From positions 9,213 through 73,212 of the forward strand of contig JBIMKQ010000018.1 in NCBI GenBank assembly GCA_051861185.1: a DNA stretch of 64,000 nt, given 5' to 3'. This document shows, in pieces, positions 10,921 through 21,799 of this stretch. Source of the stretch: Sphingopyxis sp. Lineage in GTDB: Bacteria; Pseudomonadota; Alphaproteobacteria; Sphingomonadales; Sphingomonadaceae. The position numbers and the translations under genes are program-made. Within the stretch, counting starts at the first letter, position 1, and each line of letters begins with the position of its first letter. Under the pieces are notes generated by a model. That model saw nothing but the letters and a program-made list of their open reading frames with translations. It ran no database searches and had not been told where the DNA came from.

Positions 10921-11955
10921 ATGACCCTGATCCTCGGCCTTGAATCGAGCTGCGACGAAACCGCGGCAGCGCTCGTCGACAGCAACCGGCGCATTTTGGC
11001 GCACCGTGTCGCGGGGCAGGAAGCCGAGCACAGCCCCTATGGCGGCGTCGTTCCCGAAATCGCGGCACGCGCGCATGTCGACCGGCTCGCGCCGCTCGTC
11101 GAGGGCGTGCTGGCCGATGCCGGCGTTTCGCTGGCCGATGTCGATGCGATCGCCGCCACCGCCGGTCCGGGCCTGATCGGCGGCGTGATGGTCGGACTCG
11201 TCACCGGCAAGGCGCTCGCGCACGCGGCGAACAAGCCGCTGATCGCGGTCAACCATCTCGAAGGCCATGCGCTCAGCCCGCGCCTTGCCGATCCGGCGCT
11301 CGAATTTCCCTATTTGCTGCTGCTCGTGTCGGGCGGACATTGCCAGTTGCTGCTCGTGCGCGGCGTCGGCGACTACCGCCGCCTCGCGACGACGATCGAC
11401 GATGCCGCCGGCGAAGCGTTCGACAAGACGGCAAAACTGCTCGGCCTCGGCTATCCCGGCGGCCCCGCGGTCGAACGCATTGCAAAGGACGGCAATCCGC
11501 ATGCGGTGCCGCTGCCGCGCCCGCTCGTCGGCAGCGCCGAACCGCATTTCTCGTTCGCCGGGCTCAAAAGTGCGGTCGCACGCGCCGCCGCGTCGGGCGC
11601 GCACAGCGTTCCCGATCTCGCCGCCTCGTTCCAGCAGGCGGTCGTCGACTGCCTCGTCGACCGCAGCCGCATCGCGCTCGCCGCCTGCCCCGATGCCACC
11701 GCCTTCGTCGTTGCGGGCGGGGTGGCGGCCAATGGCGCGATCCGCACCGGGCTGACCGTTCTCGCCGCGCGCTTCGACAAGGGTTTCGTCGCGCCGCCGC
11801 TGTGGCTTTGCACCGACAATGGCGCGATGATCGCCTGGGCGGGCGTCGAGCGCTTCGCCGCCGGCCTCACCGACGACCTCGGCGTTGCGGCGCGCCCGCG
11901 CTGGCCGCTCGACCCGGCGGCCGAGGCCGTGCGCGGCGCCGGGGTAAAGGCATGA
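10921..11955 (+). CDS. tsaD: tRNA N6-threonylcarbamoyladenosine synthesis protein TsaD
   Basis: [42 protein letters not shown]. Confidence 0.97.
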   Translation: MTLILGLESSCDETAAALVDSNRRILAHRVAGQEAEHSPYGGVVPEIAARAHVDRLAPLVEGVLADAGVSLADVDAIAATAGPGLIGGVMVGLVTGKALAHAANKPLIAVNHLEGHALSPRLADPALEFPYLLLLVSGGHCQLLLVRGVGDYRRLATTIDDAAGEAFDKTAKLLGLGYPGGPAVERIAKDGNPHAVPLPRPLVGSAEPHFSFAGLKSAVARAAASGAHSVPDLAASFQQAVVDCLVDRSRIALAACPDATAFVVAGGVAANGAIRTGLTVLAARFDKGFVAPPLWLCTDNGAMIAWAGVERFAAGLTDDLGVAARPRWPLDPAAEAVRGAGVKA

Positions 11956-12962
11956 CCGGTGAAAGCATGACGTCGCGTTTCTCCCGCTTTGGCGTGATCG
12001 GCGGCGGCGCCTGGGGCACCGCGCTGGCGCAGCTTCTGGCCGCCGACGGTGCACCCGTCCGCCTGTGGGCGCGCGAGGCCGATGTCGTCGCAGCGATCAA
12101 CGCCGATCATAGCAACCCCGCCTTCCTGCCCGGCGCCGCGCTCTCGCCCTCACTGACCGCAACCGACGACCTCGCCGATATGGCCGATCACGACGCGCTG
12201 CTCGTCGTCGTCCCCGTGCCCTTCCTGCGCGCCGTCCTCGCCGAACTGCCCGCGGGCGATGCGCCGCTGATCTTCTGCAGCAAGGGGATGGAGGCGGGCA
12301 GTTTCGCCTTCCCGATCGATATCGCGCGCGATCTCGCGCCGCAGCGCCCGCACGCCGTCCTGTCCGGGCCGACCTTCGCGCACGAAGTCGCCGCCGGCCT
12401 GCCGACCGCGATCACCCTCGCCGCCGCCGACGCCGGCCTGGCCGCCGACCTCGCGCAGGCGCTCGCACGTCCGCATTTCCGGCCCTATGTATCGACCGAC
12501 GTCATCGGCGCGGAGATCGGCGGCGCGGTCAAGAATATCCTCGCGATCGCGTGCGGCATCGTCGACGGCGCGGGGCTCGGGCTCAACGCGCGCGCGGCGC
12601 TGATCAGCCGCGGCTTTGCCGAAATGACGCGTTTCGGGCTCGCGCGCGGCGCGCAGGCCGAAACCCTCGCAGGCCTTGCAGGGCTCGGCGACCTCGTCCT
12701 CACCTGCACCTCCTCGAATTCGCGCAACTTCGCGCTTGGGCAAGGGCTCGGCCGCGGCGAACCCGCAGAAGCCCTGATGGCCGACCGCCGCACCGTTGCC
12801 GAAGGCGCGTTCAGCGCACCGGTGGTGGTCGCCGCCGCGCGCGCCGATGGCATCGACATGCCGATTACCGATACCGTCGCACGCCTTGTAGCCGGCGAAA
12901 CGCGCGTCACCGAAGCCGTTCAGGCGCTGCTCAGCCGACCATTGCGATCCGAAGGACGATGA
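11952..12962 (+). CDS. gpsA: NAD(P)H-dependent glycerol-3-phosphate dehydrogenase
   Basis: [51 protein letters not shown]; ATGA overlap with tsaD. Confidence 0.96.
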   Translation: MTGESMTSRFSRFGVIGGGAWGTALAQLLAADGAPVRLWAREADVVAAINADHSNPAFLPGAALSPSLTATDDLADMADHDALLVVVPVPFLRAVLAELPAGDAPLIFCSKGMEAGSFAFPIDIARDLAPQRPHAVLSGPTFAHEVAAGLPTAITLAAADAGLAADLAQALARPHFRPYVSTDVIGAEIGGAVKNILAIACGIVDGAGLGLNARAALISRGFAEMTRFGLARGAQAETLAGLAGLGDLVLTCTSSNSRNFALGQGLGRGEPAEALMADRRTVAEGAFSAPVVVAAARADGIDMPITDTVARLVAGETRVTEAVQALLSRPLRSEGR

Positions 12963-13038
12963 ATTGCTTCGACCGATTGCCTGCACTCCCCTGCCTCGCT
13001 AGACTGCGCTTCGGGGATCAGCAGAAGGGGCGCCAGGC

Positions 13039-14577
13039 TTGAGCCAAACGGACAGCGCAGCCGCGCCCTCTTCGCCCACCCCTTCATCGGGCTTGCCCCC
13101 ACAGGATGCGGATACGGCCGCGCTCGCCAAGGGCGGTCGCACCAACTTCTTCGGTTTTATCCTGCGTCTCGTCGCCCGCCTGCCCTTTCTATATGTGGCG
13201 GGCCGCTGGTACGGGCCCGAGGCGGTCGGACGCTTCGCCTTTGCCGTGCTCGTCATCGAACTGGTTGCACAGCTCGCGACGCTGGGGCTGAAACGCGGCC
13301 TGGCCGAGCAATTGAGCGCGCCCGGTGCCGACCATCGCACCGTCGTGTGGGACGGCATGTTCGTCGCGCTTCTGGCCTCGGCGACGGGGTCCGCCCTCCT
13401 CCTCCTTTTCCCCCAGCTCATGTATCCGGCGGGCGGGATCGACAGCACCGACCGCTGGATGGCGCTGCTCGTTTTCGCGATCGCCGGCACCGACATCGCG
13501 CTCGCCGCCTGCGCCTATAAATTCGACATTGGCGCCACCGTCCGCGCCCGCGCGATCGTCGAACCCTGGGTGATCAGCGCCGCGGCGGCCGGATTCTGGT
13601 TCGTCTCGGCACGCGACGGGCTGATGCTCTCCTATGCCGCCGCGATGGTCGGCGCCTTCCTCACCGCGCTGATCCCGATGCTCCGTCATTATGGCGGGCC
13701 GCATGGCTGGCAACCGCACCCGGCGCACCTGATCGCAGTTGCGCGGCGCAACGCGCCGCTCGCCGCCGCCGATGCGATCGAATGGGGCACACGCCGCCTC
13801 GACCTCTTCATCCTCGGCCAGTTCACCTCGCCGACGATCTACGGCATCTATTACATGGCGCAGCAAGTCGCCTCGCTGCCGCAAAAGCTCAAGACCAGCT
13901 TCGAACCGATCCTTGGGCCCGTGATCACGCGCAACCTTGCCGAAAACCGGCTTGCCGCCGTGGCGTCACAGGTCAGCCAGGTCGGTTTCTGGATCATCGC
14001 CGCGCAGGCCGGCGTCGCGCTTGCGCTTGGTATCCCGGGCGAAGCTGTGATGGGCCTCGTTGGCCCCGAATTCGTCAGCGGCACCGCCGCGCTCGCTTTC
14101 CTGCTCGCGGCCGAGGTCGTCGCGGCGACCGCGGTGGTCAGCGAGGCCGCGCTTGTCTATGTCGCGCGCCACCGTAACCTGCTGATCAGCATCGCAACGC
14201 TCGCGCTTCAGGCTGGGCTCAGCGTCGCGCTGATCCTGATCGCGAAATCGATGGGGCTTCCCCCGATCAGCTATGCGGGCGCGGTTGCCCTCGCGCTGAT
14301 GCTCGCGCTCGGCTTTGCCTCGGTCGTCAAAGCGCGGCTTCTCGCGCATGTCCTCGGCGCGCCGGTGAACAGCCTGCGCTGGGCGCTCGTCTGGGCGACC
14401 GCGGGCGCCGCGGTGCTTGGCTGGGGTGCAACGCAGCTCCCCGAATGGGCCGAGCTGCTGATCGGTGTGCCCTTCATTCTCGGCATTTACGCATGGCTGA
14501 TCTGGACGCGCGGCTTCGGCCCCGCCGACCGGGCGCTGTTCAAAAAGCATCCCGAGACGGCGGAAGCGCCCGCCTGA
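13039..14577 (+). CDS. Wzx/MATE-superfamily oligosaccharide flippase-like membrane protein
   Basis: About 12-14 hydrophobic segments; RRLDLFILGQF...YGIYYMAQQV pattern; TTG start. Confidence 0.75.
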   Translation: MSQTDSAAAPSSPTPSSGLPPQDADTAALAKGGRTNFFGFILRLVARLPFLYVAGRWYGPEAVGRFAFAVLVIELVAQLATLGLKRGLAEQLSAPGADHRTVVWDGMFVALLASATGSALLLLFPQLMYPAGGIDSTDRWMALLVFAIAGTDIALAACAYKFDIGATVRARAIVEPWVISAAAAGFWFVSARDGLMLSYAAAMVGAFLTALIPMLRHYGGPHGWQPHPAHLIAVARRNAPLAAADAIEWGTRRLDLFILGQFTSPTIYGIYYMAQQVASLPQKLKTSFEPILGPVITRNLAENRLAAVASQVSQVGFWIIAAQAGVALALGIPGEAVMGLVGPEFVSGTAALAFLLAAEVVAATAVVSEAALVYVARHRNLLISIATLALQAGLSVALILIAKSMGLPPISYAGAVALALMLALGFASVVKARLLAHVLGAPVNSLRWALVWATAGAAVLGWGATQLPEWAELLIGVPFILGIYAWLIWTRGFGPADRALFKKHPETAEAPA

Positions 14578-14580
14578 TCC

Positions 14581-14838
14581 TTACTCGACGGCTTTTTGCG
14601 CGGCGTCGCCGACATTTTCGGCGGCATTGCCGACCTTTTGCGCCGCCTCGGTGATCGCACCGGTCTCAGCTTTGTCATTGGCAAGGAACTGGAACGCGAC
14701 AAAGCCGGCAACCGCAATCAGAACGAGCAGGATCAGGCCAAAGCCCATCCCGCCGCCGCGCCGCGGTTCGCGGTCGATGATCGTCGTCGTGTGCGTCGTC
14801 CCGTCGGGCGCGCGCGTTTCGTGGATTTCGTCGGCCAT
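14581..14838 (-). CDS. Small single-TM protein with Ala/Lys-rich repeated tail (stress-protein-like)
   Basis: CAGGAGG RBS before ATG 14838; one TM helix; AAQKVGNAAENVGDAAQKAVE. Confidence 0.7.
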   Translation of the reverse strand: MADEIHETRAPDGTTHTTTIIDREPRRGGGMGFGLILLVLIAVAGFVAFQFLANDKAETGAITEAAQKVGNAAENVGDAAQKAVE

Positions 14839-14867
14839 AAAACCCTCCTGTTGCTGATAGCGCATAG

Positions 14868-14893
14868 GACGCTTCGCAGCCGACGAAGGTTCC
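14868..14893 (-). promoter_or_regulatory. Candidate EcfG/SigT (general stress response) promoter
   Basis: GGAAC-N17-CGTC on the minus strand, ending 30 nt upstream of the small gene; consensus GGAAC-N16/17-CGTT. Confidence 0.55.
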
Positions 14894-15891
14894 TAGCCCA
14901 GCCGTTCGGCGACCTTGGCCTTGAGGTCGGTCTGCGCGCGCGGCCCGACCTGCGCGATGATTTCGCGCGCGCAAACGGCGCCCATCGTGAGACAATCGGC
15001 GATCGGCAGGCCCTGCGCCTGACCCGACAGGAAACCGGCGGCGAACAGGTCACCCGCGCCGGTGGTGTCGACCACGGTGTCGATCGGCTCGGCACCGACT
15101 TCGGTACGCGTGCCGCCGGTCAGCGCGATCGCGCCGTGCGAGCCGCGCGTCACGATGAGCAGCGGCACCTGCGCCGCGACGCTCGCAACCGCCGCTTCGA
15201 AATCCTCGGTTTCGGCGAGCGCGCAGATTTCGACTTCGTTTGCGAAGAGGATGTCGAACAGGCCTTCGGCGATCAGCTTGCGGAAATCGGCGCCGTGGCG
15301 GTCGATGATGAACGCATCCGACAACGTGAAGGCAACCTTGCGCCCGGCAGCCCGCGACACGTCGATCGCGCGCCGCATCGCCGCCCGCGACAGCTCGGGA
15401 TCCCACAGATAGCCTTCGAGGTAGAGGATCTCCGAATCGGCGATCCATTCCTCGTCGATCATCGACTGTTCGAGCAGGTGGCTCGCGCCGAGGAAGGTGT
15501 TCATCGTCCGCTGGCCGTCGGGGGTGACGAGGATCAGACAGCGCGCGGTCGGCGCGCCCTCGCTGAGCGGCGGCGTTTCATAGGCAACGCCGATCGCGCG
15601 CAGGTCGTGCATAAAGACATGGCCAAGCTGGTCGTCGGCAACCTGGCCGATAAAGGCGCAGCGCTGGCCGAGGACAGCCATGCCGGCCAGCGTATTGGCG
15701 GCCGAACCGCCCGATACTTCGACCGCAGGCCCCATCGCGGCATAGAGGCGTTCGGCCTCTACCGCGTCGATGAGCCGCATCGACCCCTTGGTCAGCCCTT
15801 CGGCGGCGATCAGCGCATCGTCGGCGCGGGCAAGAACGTCGACGATCGCATTGCCGATGGCGACGACGTCAAAACGGGCGGTGGAGGCCAT
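14893..15891 (-). CDS. PfkB family carbohydrate/adenosine kinase
   Basis: SGGSAANTLA, VDTTGAGDLFAAGFL. Confidence 0.9.
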   Translation of the reverse strand: MASTARFDVVAIGNAIVDVLARADDALIAAEGLTKGSMRLIDAVEAERLYAAMGPAVEVSGGSAANTLAGMAVLGQRCAFIGQVADDQLGHVFMHDLRAIGVAYETPPLSEGAPTARCLILVTPDGQRTMNTFLGASHLLEQSMIDEEWIADSEILYLEGYLWDPELSRAAMRRAIDVSRAAGRKVAFTLSDAFIIDRHGADFRKLIAEGLFDILFANEVEICALAETEDFEAAVASVAAQVPLLIVTRGSHGAIALTGGTRTEVGAEPIDTVVDTTGAGDLFAAGFLSGQAQGLPIADCLTMGAVCAREIIAQVGPRAQTDLKAKVAERLG

Positions 15892-16000
15892 GAAAAATCC
15901 TGTGATGCGTGGGAAAAGCTGCCGCGCGCCTTAGGCGGCGGGGCCCGCCAAGGCAAGCTTCACGCTTGACGGGCGCGATACGGCCGACCATCCCTCCCCA

Positions 16001-16684
16001 ATGGCCCGCGCCGTTCACGCATTTCTGCTCGCGCTCAGGGATTTGCCCAATCCGCGCGTGCTGCGTGTGCTGGCGCAGAGCCTGGCGCTCACCTTCCTGC
16101 TCCTCGCCGTATCGGGCACAGCGATCTTCTTCGCGGTGCGCTGGGGGCTCGCGCACTGGCAATGGCTCGGCGACGCCGAACGCGACATCGCGGGCCTGTT
16201 GGTCGTGGTCGCGATTGTCGCGGGCAGCTGGCTGCTCTTTCGCGCCGTGGCGATCGTCGTCGTCGGCCTGTTCGCCGACGCCATCGTCGCCGATGTCGAG
16301 GGACGGCATTACCCCGGCGCGGCGGCCCGCGCGGTCGACGTTGGCTGGCGTCAGAACATCATGCTGGCGCTCGCGTCGCTCGTCCGGCTGATCGGGGGCA
16401 ACCTGCTGGCCCTCCCCGCCTATATCCTGTTGATGGTCACCGGCATCGGCACCCCGATCTTTGCGCTGTTCGTCAACGCGCTGCTCCTCGGCCGCGACCT
16501 CGAGGCGATGGTGCTCGCGCGCCACCCGGGCCGCCCGCGGCTCGACCGGTCGGCACGCTGGTCGCTCGGACTGCTGTCTGCCGCAAGCTTCGTGGTGCCT
16601 GTCGCCAATTTGTTGGCGCCGATTCTCAGCGCGGCTATGGCCGTGCACATGCTGCATCTGCGCAATGGGGACCGGAATATATGA
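16001..16684 (+). CDS. EI24/CysZ-like membrane protein
   Basis: Several TM segments; GLFADAIVADVEGRHYP; NLLAPIL. Confidence 0.7.
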   Translation: MARAVHAFLLALRDLPNPRVLRVLAQSLALTFLLLAVSGTAIFFAVRWGLAHWQWLGDAERDIAGLLVVVAIVAGSWLLFRAVAIVVVGLFADAIVADVEGRHYPGAAARAVDVGWRQNIMLALASLVRLIGGNLLALPAYILLMVTGIGTPIFALFVNALLLGRDLEAMVLARHPGRPRLDRSARWSLGLLSAASFVVPVANLLAPILSAAMAVHMLHLRNGDRNI

Positions 16685-17055
16685 TCGAAAACCGCCGTCT
16701 GGCCGCTCTTTCCGGCCTTGCCCTGACACTCGGCGCCTGCGCCGGCCCCGCGATTCCCCGTCCCGCGACGCCGCCGCCCGCCCCGTCGACGCCGACCGTC
16801 GTACGACCGGTCCAGAATAACGCGCTGATCGGCAGCAGCGCCGATGCCATCGGGCGCATGCTCGGCAAGCCGCGGCTCGACGTCACCGAGGGGGCCGGCC
16901 GCAAGCTGCAGTTCGCGGGCACCAGCTGCACCCTCGATGTCTATTTCTATGCCCCGCGCGCCGGCGCCAATCCCGTCGCAACCCATGTCGACGCCCGCAC
17001 CCCCGACGGCCGCAACGCCGACGTGAACAGCTGCTCGCAATCCTTCCAGCGCTGA
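16681..17055 (+). CDS. Hypothetical lipoprotein
   Basis: LTLGAC lipobox, Pro-rich linker; ATGA overlap with the upstream gene. Confidence 0.7.
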   Translation: MIENRRLAALSGLALTLGACAGPAIPRPATPPPAPSTPTVVRPVQNNALIGSSADAIGRMLGKPRLDVTEGAGRKLQFAGTSCTLDVYFYAPRAGANPVATHVDARTPDGRNADVNSCSQSFQR

Positions 17056-17071
17056 CGGCCCGTACGCGGGG

Positions 17072-18124
17072 TCATGACGCCAGTTCGGCGAGCGCCCACA
17101 GCGCCGCGTCGGCGACCATCGGCGATTCGTCCTTCGCCAGTTGCTTCAGCATGGGAACGAAACGCGTATCGCCGCTGTTTCCCGCCGCGATCGCTGCATT
17201 GCGAACCATACGCCCGCGCCCGATCCGCTTGATCGGCGATCCCGCAAACACCTGCCGGAACCCGGCATCGTCGAGCGCGAGCAGGTCGGAAAGCGAAGGC
17301 GCAGCCAGCTCGGCGCGCGGCAGAAAGGCGCGGTGCACATGCGCGGTGTCGGCGAATTTGTTCCACGGGCACGCCGCAAGGCAATCGTCGCAGCCATAGA
17401 TGCGATTGCCGATGCCGCGGCGCAGGTCGATCGGAATCGGTCCATTATGCTCGATCGTGAGGTACGAAATACACCGCCGCGCATCGAGCCGGTACGGCGC
17501 GGGAAAGGCCTGCGTCGGGCACGCATCCTGGCAAGCCGAACAGCTGCCACAGGTGTCGCGTGCCGCGTTGCTCGGCGCCAGGTCCAACGTCGTGTAAATG
17601 GCACCGAGGAACAGCCAGCTGCCATGATCGCGGCTGACGAGATTGGTGTGCTTGCCCTGCCAGCCGAGCCCGGCCGCCGCCGACAGCGGCTTTTCCATCA
17701 CGGGCGCGGTGTCGACGAACACCTTGACCTCGGCGTCGTGCACCTCGGCGACCAGCCAGCGTGCGACGGCCTTCAGCGCCTTTTTGACGACGTCATGATA
17801 ATCGCCGCCCTGCGCGTAAACCGAAATGCGCCCGCGATCGGGGTGATCGGCGAGCGCCAACGGATCGTGCGCGGGGGCATAGCTCATGCCCAGCGCGATC
17901 ACCGATCGGACCTCGGGCCACAGTCCTTTGGGCGATCCGCGCTGCGCCGCGCGGCTTTCCATCCAGATCATGTCGCCGTGCCGTCCCTCGGCCAGCCACT
18001 GGTTCAAACGCTCGGCGGTCAGCGGCGCCGCATCGGCATCGGCGATGCCGAATGCGACAAAGCCCTGCGCGCGCGCGACGGCTTCGAGACGATCTTCGAG
18101 AGGAGGCAAGGCTTCGGCAACCAT
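17072..18124 (-). CDS. queG: Epoxyqueuosine reductase
   Basis: [51 protein letters not shown]. Confidence 0.95.
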   Translation of the reverse strand: MVAEALPPLEDRLEAVARAQGFVAFGIADADAAPLTAERLNQWLAEGRHGDMIWMESRAAQRGSPKGLWPEVRSVIALGMSYAPAHDPLALADHPDRGRISVYAQGGDYHDVVKKALKAVARWLVAEVHDAEVKVFVDTAPVMEKPLSAAAGLGWQGKHTNLVSRDHGSWLFLGAIYTTLDLAPSNAARDTCGSCSACQDACPTQAFPAPYRLDARRCISYLTIEHNGPIPIDLRRGIGNRIYGCDDCLAACPWNKFADTAHVHRAFLPRAELAAPSLSDLLALDDAGFRQVFAGSPIKRIGRGRMVRNAAIAAGNSGDTRFVPMLKQLAKDESPMVADAALWALAELAS

Positions 18125-18173
18125 TGGCGCTCTATACGCGAGCCGCCTCGCCGTGCCATAGTTTGCGTGGGTT

Positions 18174-19148
18174 ATGATTGGGGACCGGAGTTTGAACGAT
18201 TTCAGCGTCGAGGCGACGGGCCTCACCAAATATTTCGGCGATTACAAGGCGGTCGATCATGTGAGCCTCAAAGTGCCGACGGGCAGCATCTATGGTGTGC
18301 TCGGCCCGAACGGCGCGGGCAAGACGACCAGCCTGCGCATGACGCTGGGCATCATCGACCCCGATGAGGGAACAAGCCGCCTCCTCGGCGGGCAGCGGCC
18401 GCAGTCGGTGCGCCATCGCATCGGTTATCTTCCCGAGGAACGCGGTCTTTATCCCGGCATGAAGGCGCGCGAGGCGATCGCCTTCATGGGGGCGCTGCGC
18501 GGGCTCGAATGGGCCGAGGGCCGTCGCCGCGCCGCGACCTTCATGACCGAACTCGGGCTCGAACGCGTGATCGACGAAAAAATCCGCAAGATGTCGAAAG
18601 GCATGGCGCAGATGATCCAGCTGATCGGCTCGATCGTGCACGCCCCCGACCTGATCGTTCTCGACGAACCCTTTTCGGGGCTCGACCCGGTCAACCAGGA
18701 ACGGCTCGAAATGCTCGTGCGGCGCGAACGCGACCGCGGCGCGACGATTCTCTTTTCAACGCATGTCATGGCGCACGCCGAACGCCTCTGCGACCGGATC
18801 GCGATCATCGCGCGCTCGGCGCGCCGGTTCGAGGGTACAGTCGACGAAGCGCGCGCGCTGCTGCCGATGCAGGTGCGGTACACGCCGCGCGCCGCGGGAG
18901 ACCCTCTCCTGGTCGCCGCAAACCTCCCAGCCGGTGCCGAACTCCGCGGCGACGCATGGCATTTCGCGATCCAGGACGCCGAGGTCGAGCCCTTGCTCGC
19001 GCGGATTACCGCGAGCGGTCATGGCGTCACCGGCCTGTCGATCAGCCGCCCGGCGCTGCACGATGCCTTTGTGCATATCGTTCGTCAGGTCGATGCGGGG
19101 TTCGATGCCGACGCTACCGACGATGCCGTAGAGGAGGCCAGCGCATGA
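18174..19148 (+). CDS. ABC-2 type exporter ATP-binding subunit (NatA-like)
   Basis: GPNGAGKT Walker A, MSKGMAQ signature, [13 protein letters not shown]. Confidence 0.92.
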   Translation: MIGDRSLNDFSVEATGLTKYFGDYKAVDHVSLKVPTGSIYGVLGPNGAGKTTSLRMTLGIIDPDEGTSRLLGGQRPQSVRHRIGYLPEERGLYPGMKAREAIAFMGALRGLEWAEGRRRAATFMTELGLERVIDEKIRKMSKGMAQMIQLIGSIVHAPDLIVLDEPFSGLDPVNQERLEMLVRRERDRGATILFSTHVMAHAERLCDRIAIIARSARRFEGTVDEARALLPMQVRYTPRAAGDPLLVAANLPAGAELRGDAWHFAIQDAEVEPLLARITASGHGVTGLSISRPALHDAFVHIVRQVDAGFDADATDDAVEEASA

Positions 19149-20398
19149 CCCCTTTCATCCGCAGCATGTTCGTCATCGCGCGGCGCGACTTTCTGGCGAT
19201 CGTCGCGACCCCGACCTTTCTGCTTTTCCTGCTCGCGCCGCTGTTCATGGTCGCGATGGGGCTTGCCGGCGGCATGGGCGCCTCGCAGCTCGCCGACAGC
19301 GCCCGCGGCGCCGGCCGCATCGTCGCGATCGCCGATCCCGCCGATGTCGAAGCGCTCCGCGCCGCCGACCGCCGCCTCCGCGATGCCTTTACGCGCGATG
19401 AAACCCCGCCGCCGCTCGAGTTCCGCATCGCCGGGCAAGGCGCGCCCGACCCGTTCGCGATCGCGCGCGAAAAGGGCACCGACACCTATGCCGTGATGAC
19501 CGGCCCGCTCACAAACCCCCGCATCGTCGAGCGCAATGCCGAGGGCAGCGCCGGCCGCTATCTGGCGCTGCTCGCGAACCAGGCGCTGCGCGACCGCGCT
19601 GCGGGCGACGTCGCGCCGGTGAAACCCCGCTTCGAGAGCATCCAGCGCGGCGGCACCAGCATCGCGGTGCAACAGTCGCTCGGCTTCGGTGCGGTATTCC
19701 ACATCTTCCTTCTGACCTTGCTTCTCGCCGGCCAGACCGTGAGTTCGCTCGCCGAGGAAAAAGGCAACAAGGTCATCGAAATCCTCGCCGCCGCGGTTCC
19801 GCTCGAAAGCGTCTTCCTCGGCAAGCTGCTCGGCATGCTCGGGGTCGCGGTGCTTTTCATCGCCTTCTGGATGGTCGTCGCGATGGGCGGCGGGCTGGTC
19901 GCCGCGACGCAGATGGATCCGGCCACGGTCGCCGCGGCGGGCAGCGCGAGCAAGGCGGCGGCGGCGCTCGCTTCGATGCCCGCCACCGGCTGGCCCTTCT
20001 TCCTCGGCATCGGCTTCGCCTATTTCATCCTGTCCTTCCTCCTCCTCGGCGCGGTCTTCCTCGGCGTCGGTGCGCAGGCGGGATCGGTACGCGAAATCCA
20101 GATGCTCAGTCTGCCGATCACCATCTTCCAGGTCGGCATGTTCAGCCTGTCGGCCGCCGCGGCCAGCGCGCCGGGCAGCGGACTCGCGCATTTTGCGCAG
20201 ATATTTCCCTTCTCTTCGCCGCTCGCGATGGCGGCACGCGCCGCAACCGACGACGCCAGGGCGGTGCATCTGCTCGCGCTCGGCTGGCAGGCGATCTGGG
20301 TCGCGCTCGTCATCTTCCTGTCGGTGCGGCTGTTTCGCGCGGGCGTGCTGAGCGGCGGCAGCGGCTGGAAATTCTGGCGGCGGGCGAAGAAGGGGTAG
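19145..20398 (+). CDS. ABC-2 type exporter permease (NatB-like)
   Basis: SSLAEEKGNKVIEILAAAV, FLGKLLG, multiple TM segments; ATGA overlap. Confidence 0.88.
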   Translation: MTPFIRSMFVIARRDFLAIVATPTFLLFLLAPLFMVAMGLAGGMGASQLADSARGAGRIVAIADPADVEALRAADRRLRDAFTRDETPPPLEFRIAGQGAPDPFAIAREKGTDTYAVMTGPLTNPRIVERNAEGSAGRYLALLANQALRDRAAGDVAPVKPRFESIQRGGTSIAVQQSLGFGAVFHIFLLTLLLAGQTVSSLAEEKGNKVIEILAAAVPLESVFLGKLLGMLGVAVLFIAFWMVVAMGGGLVAATQMDPATVAAAGSASKAAAALASMPATGWPFFLGIGFAYFILSFLLLGAVFLGVGAQAGSVREIQMLSLPITIFQVGMFSLSAAAASAPGSGLAHFAQIFPFSSPLAMAARAATDDARAVHLLALGWQAIWVALVIFLSVRLFRAGVLSGGSGWKFWRRAKKG

Positions 20399-20499
20399 GA
20401 CGCCTCCGTCACGACCCTCCCCGCTATTGACAAAGCTGTGAACAGTGGCACTCTGCAACCTAATTGGCCGCGCCAGACGGCCGTGCAGAGGAGCAGCCC

Positions 20500-21756
20500 A
20501 TGGCCACCCAGATTCGCACCGTCCCCGAATTCGCCAACCCGCTCGACGTCAGCCGTGCCGAACTGTGGAGCGAAGACCGCTGGCAGGAACCGATGCGCCA
20601 GCTGCGCGCCGAGTCGCCCATATATCGCTGCGAGGATTCGAAATTCGGACCCTATTGGTCGGTGACGACGTACAAGCCGATCCAGCATATCGAGGCGCTG
20701 CCCAAGATCTTCTCCTCGTCGTGGGAATATGGCGGGATCACCGTCGCCGGCGACGGCATCGAACATCTGCAGGAAGGGGAAATCCCGATGCCGATGTTCA
20801 TTGCGATGGACCCGCCCCAGCACACCGCGCAGCGCCGCACCGTCGCCCCCGCCTTTGGCCCCTCCGAAATCGAACGCATGCGGGCCGACACGCAGGCGCG
20901 CACCGCGGCGTTGATCGATACGCTGCCGATCGGCGAGACCTTCGACTGGGTCGAACGCCTGTCGATCGAACTCACCACCGACATGCTCGCGATCCTGTTC
21001 GATTTCCCATGGGAAGAGCGCCACCGGCTCACGGGCTGGTCCGACGCGCTCGGCGATATCGAAAGCTTCGACACGCTGGAAAAGCGTCAGATGCGGCTGG
21101 GCAAGGCGTTCGAAATGGGCGCCGCCTTCAAGCAATTGTGGGACGCAAAGGCCCAGAATCCGGGCGAGCATGATTTGATTTCGATCATGCTCCAGTCCGA
21201 CGCGATGAAGCATATGAGCGAGAATGAGTTCATGGGGAACCTCATCCTGCTCATCGTCGGCGGCAACGACACGACGCGCAATTCGATGTCGGCCTATGCC
21301 TACGGCCTCCACAAATTCCCCGAAGAGCGCGCGAAGCTTGAGGCGAATCACGATCCCGAACTCGCGATCAACGCGATGCACGAAATCCTGCGCTGGCAGA
21401 CCCCGCTCGCGCATATGCGCCGCACCGCGACCGAGGACACCGAGCTGTTCGGGCACGAGATCAAGGCGCGCGACAAGATCGCTCTATGGTACGCCTCGGC
21501 GAACCGCGACGAGAGCGTGTTTCCCGATGGCGACCGCATCGTCGTCGACCGCGAGAATGCACGGCGCCACCTTGCCTTTGGCTACGGCATCCACCGCTGC
21601 GTCGGCGCACGCGTCGCCGAACTGCAGCTCACGACGCTCATCTCCGAAATGCAGCGCCGTCGCCTGCGCGTAAACGTCCTCGCCGAACCCGAGCGCGTGC
21701 ACGCAAGCTTTGTCCACGGCTATCGCCACATGCCGGTGCAACTCGAGAAATATTGA
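20500..21756 (+). CDS. Cytochrome P450, CYP153-like
   Basis: MFIAMDPPQHTAQR, LLIVGGNDTTRNSM, EILRWQTPLAHMRR, HLAFGYGIHRCVG heme motif. Confidence 0.93.
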   Translation: MATQIRTVPEFANPLDVSRAELWSEDRWQEPMRQLRAESPIYRCEDSKFGPYWSVTTYKPIQHIEALPKIFSSSWEYGGITVAGDGIEHLQEGEIPMPMFIAMDPPQHTAQRRTVAPAFGPSEIERMRADTQARTAALIDTLPIGETFDWVERLSIELTTDMLAILFDFPWEERHRLTGWSDALGDIESFDTLEKRQMRLGKAFEMGAAFKQLWDAKAQNPGEHDLISIMLQSDAMKHMSENEFMGNLILLIVGGNDTTRNSMSAYAYGLHKFPEERAKLEANHDPELAINAMHEILRWQTPLAHMRRTATEDTELFGHEIKARDKIALWYASANRDESVFPDGDRIVVDRENARRHLAFGYGIHRCVGARVAELQLTTLISEMQRRRLRVNVLAEPERVHASFVHGYRHMPVQLEKY

Positions 21757-21799
21757 CGCCCCCTTGTAACCCTTTGCCCAAGGCGTACGTATCGAGGAT

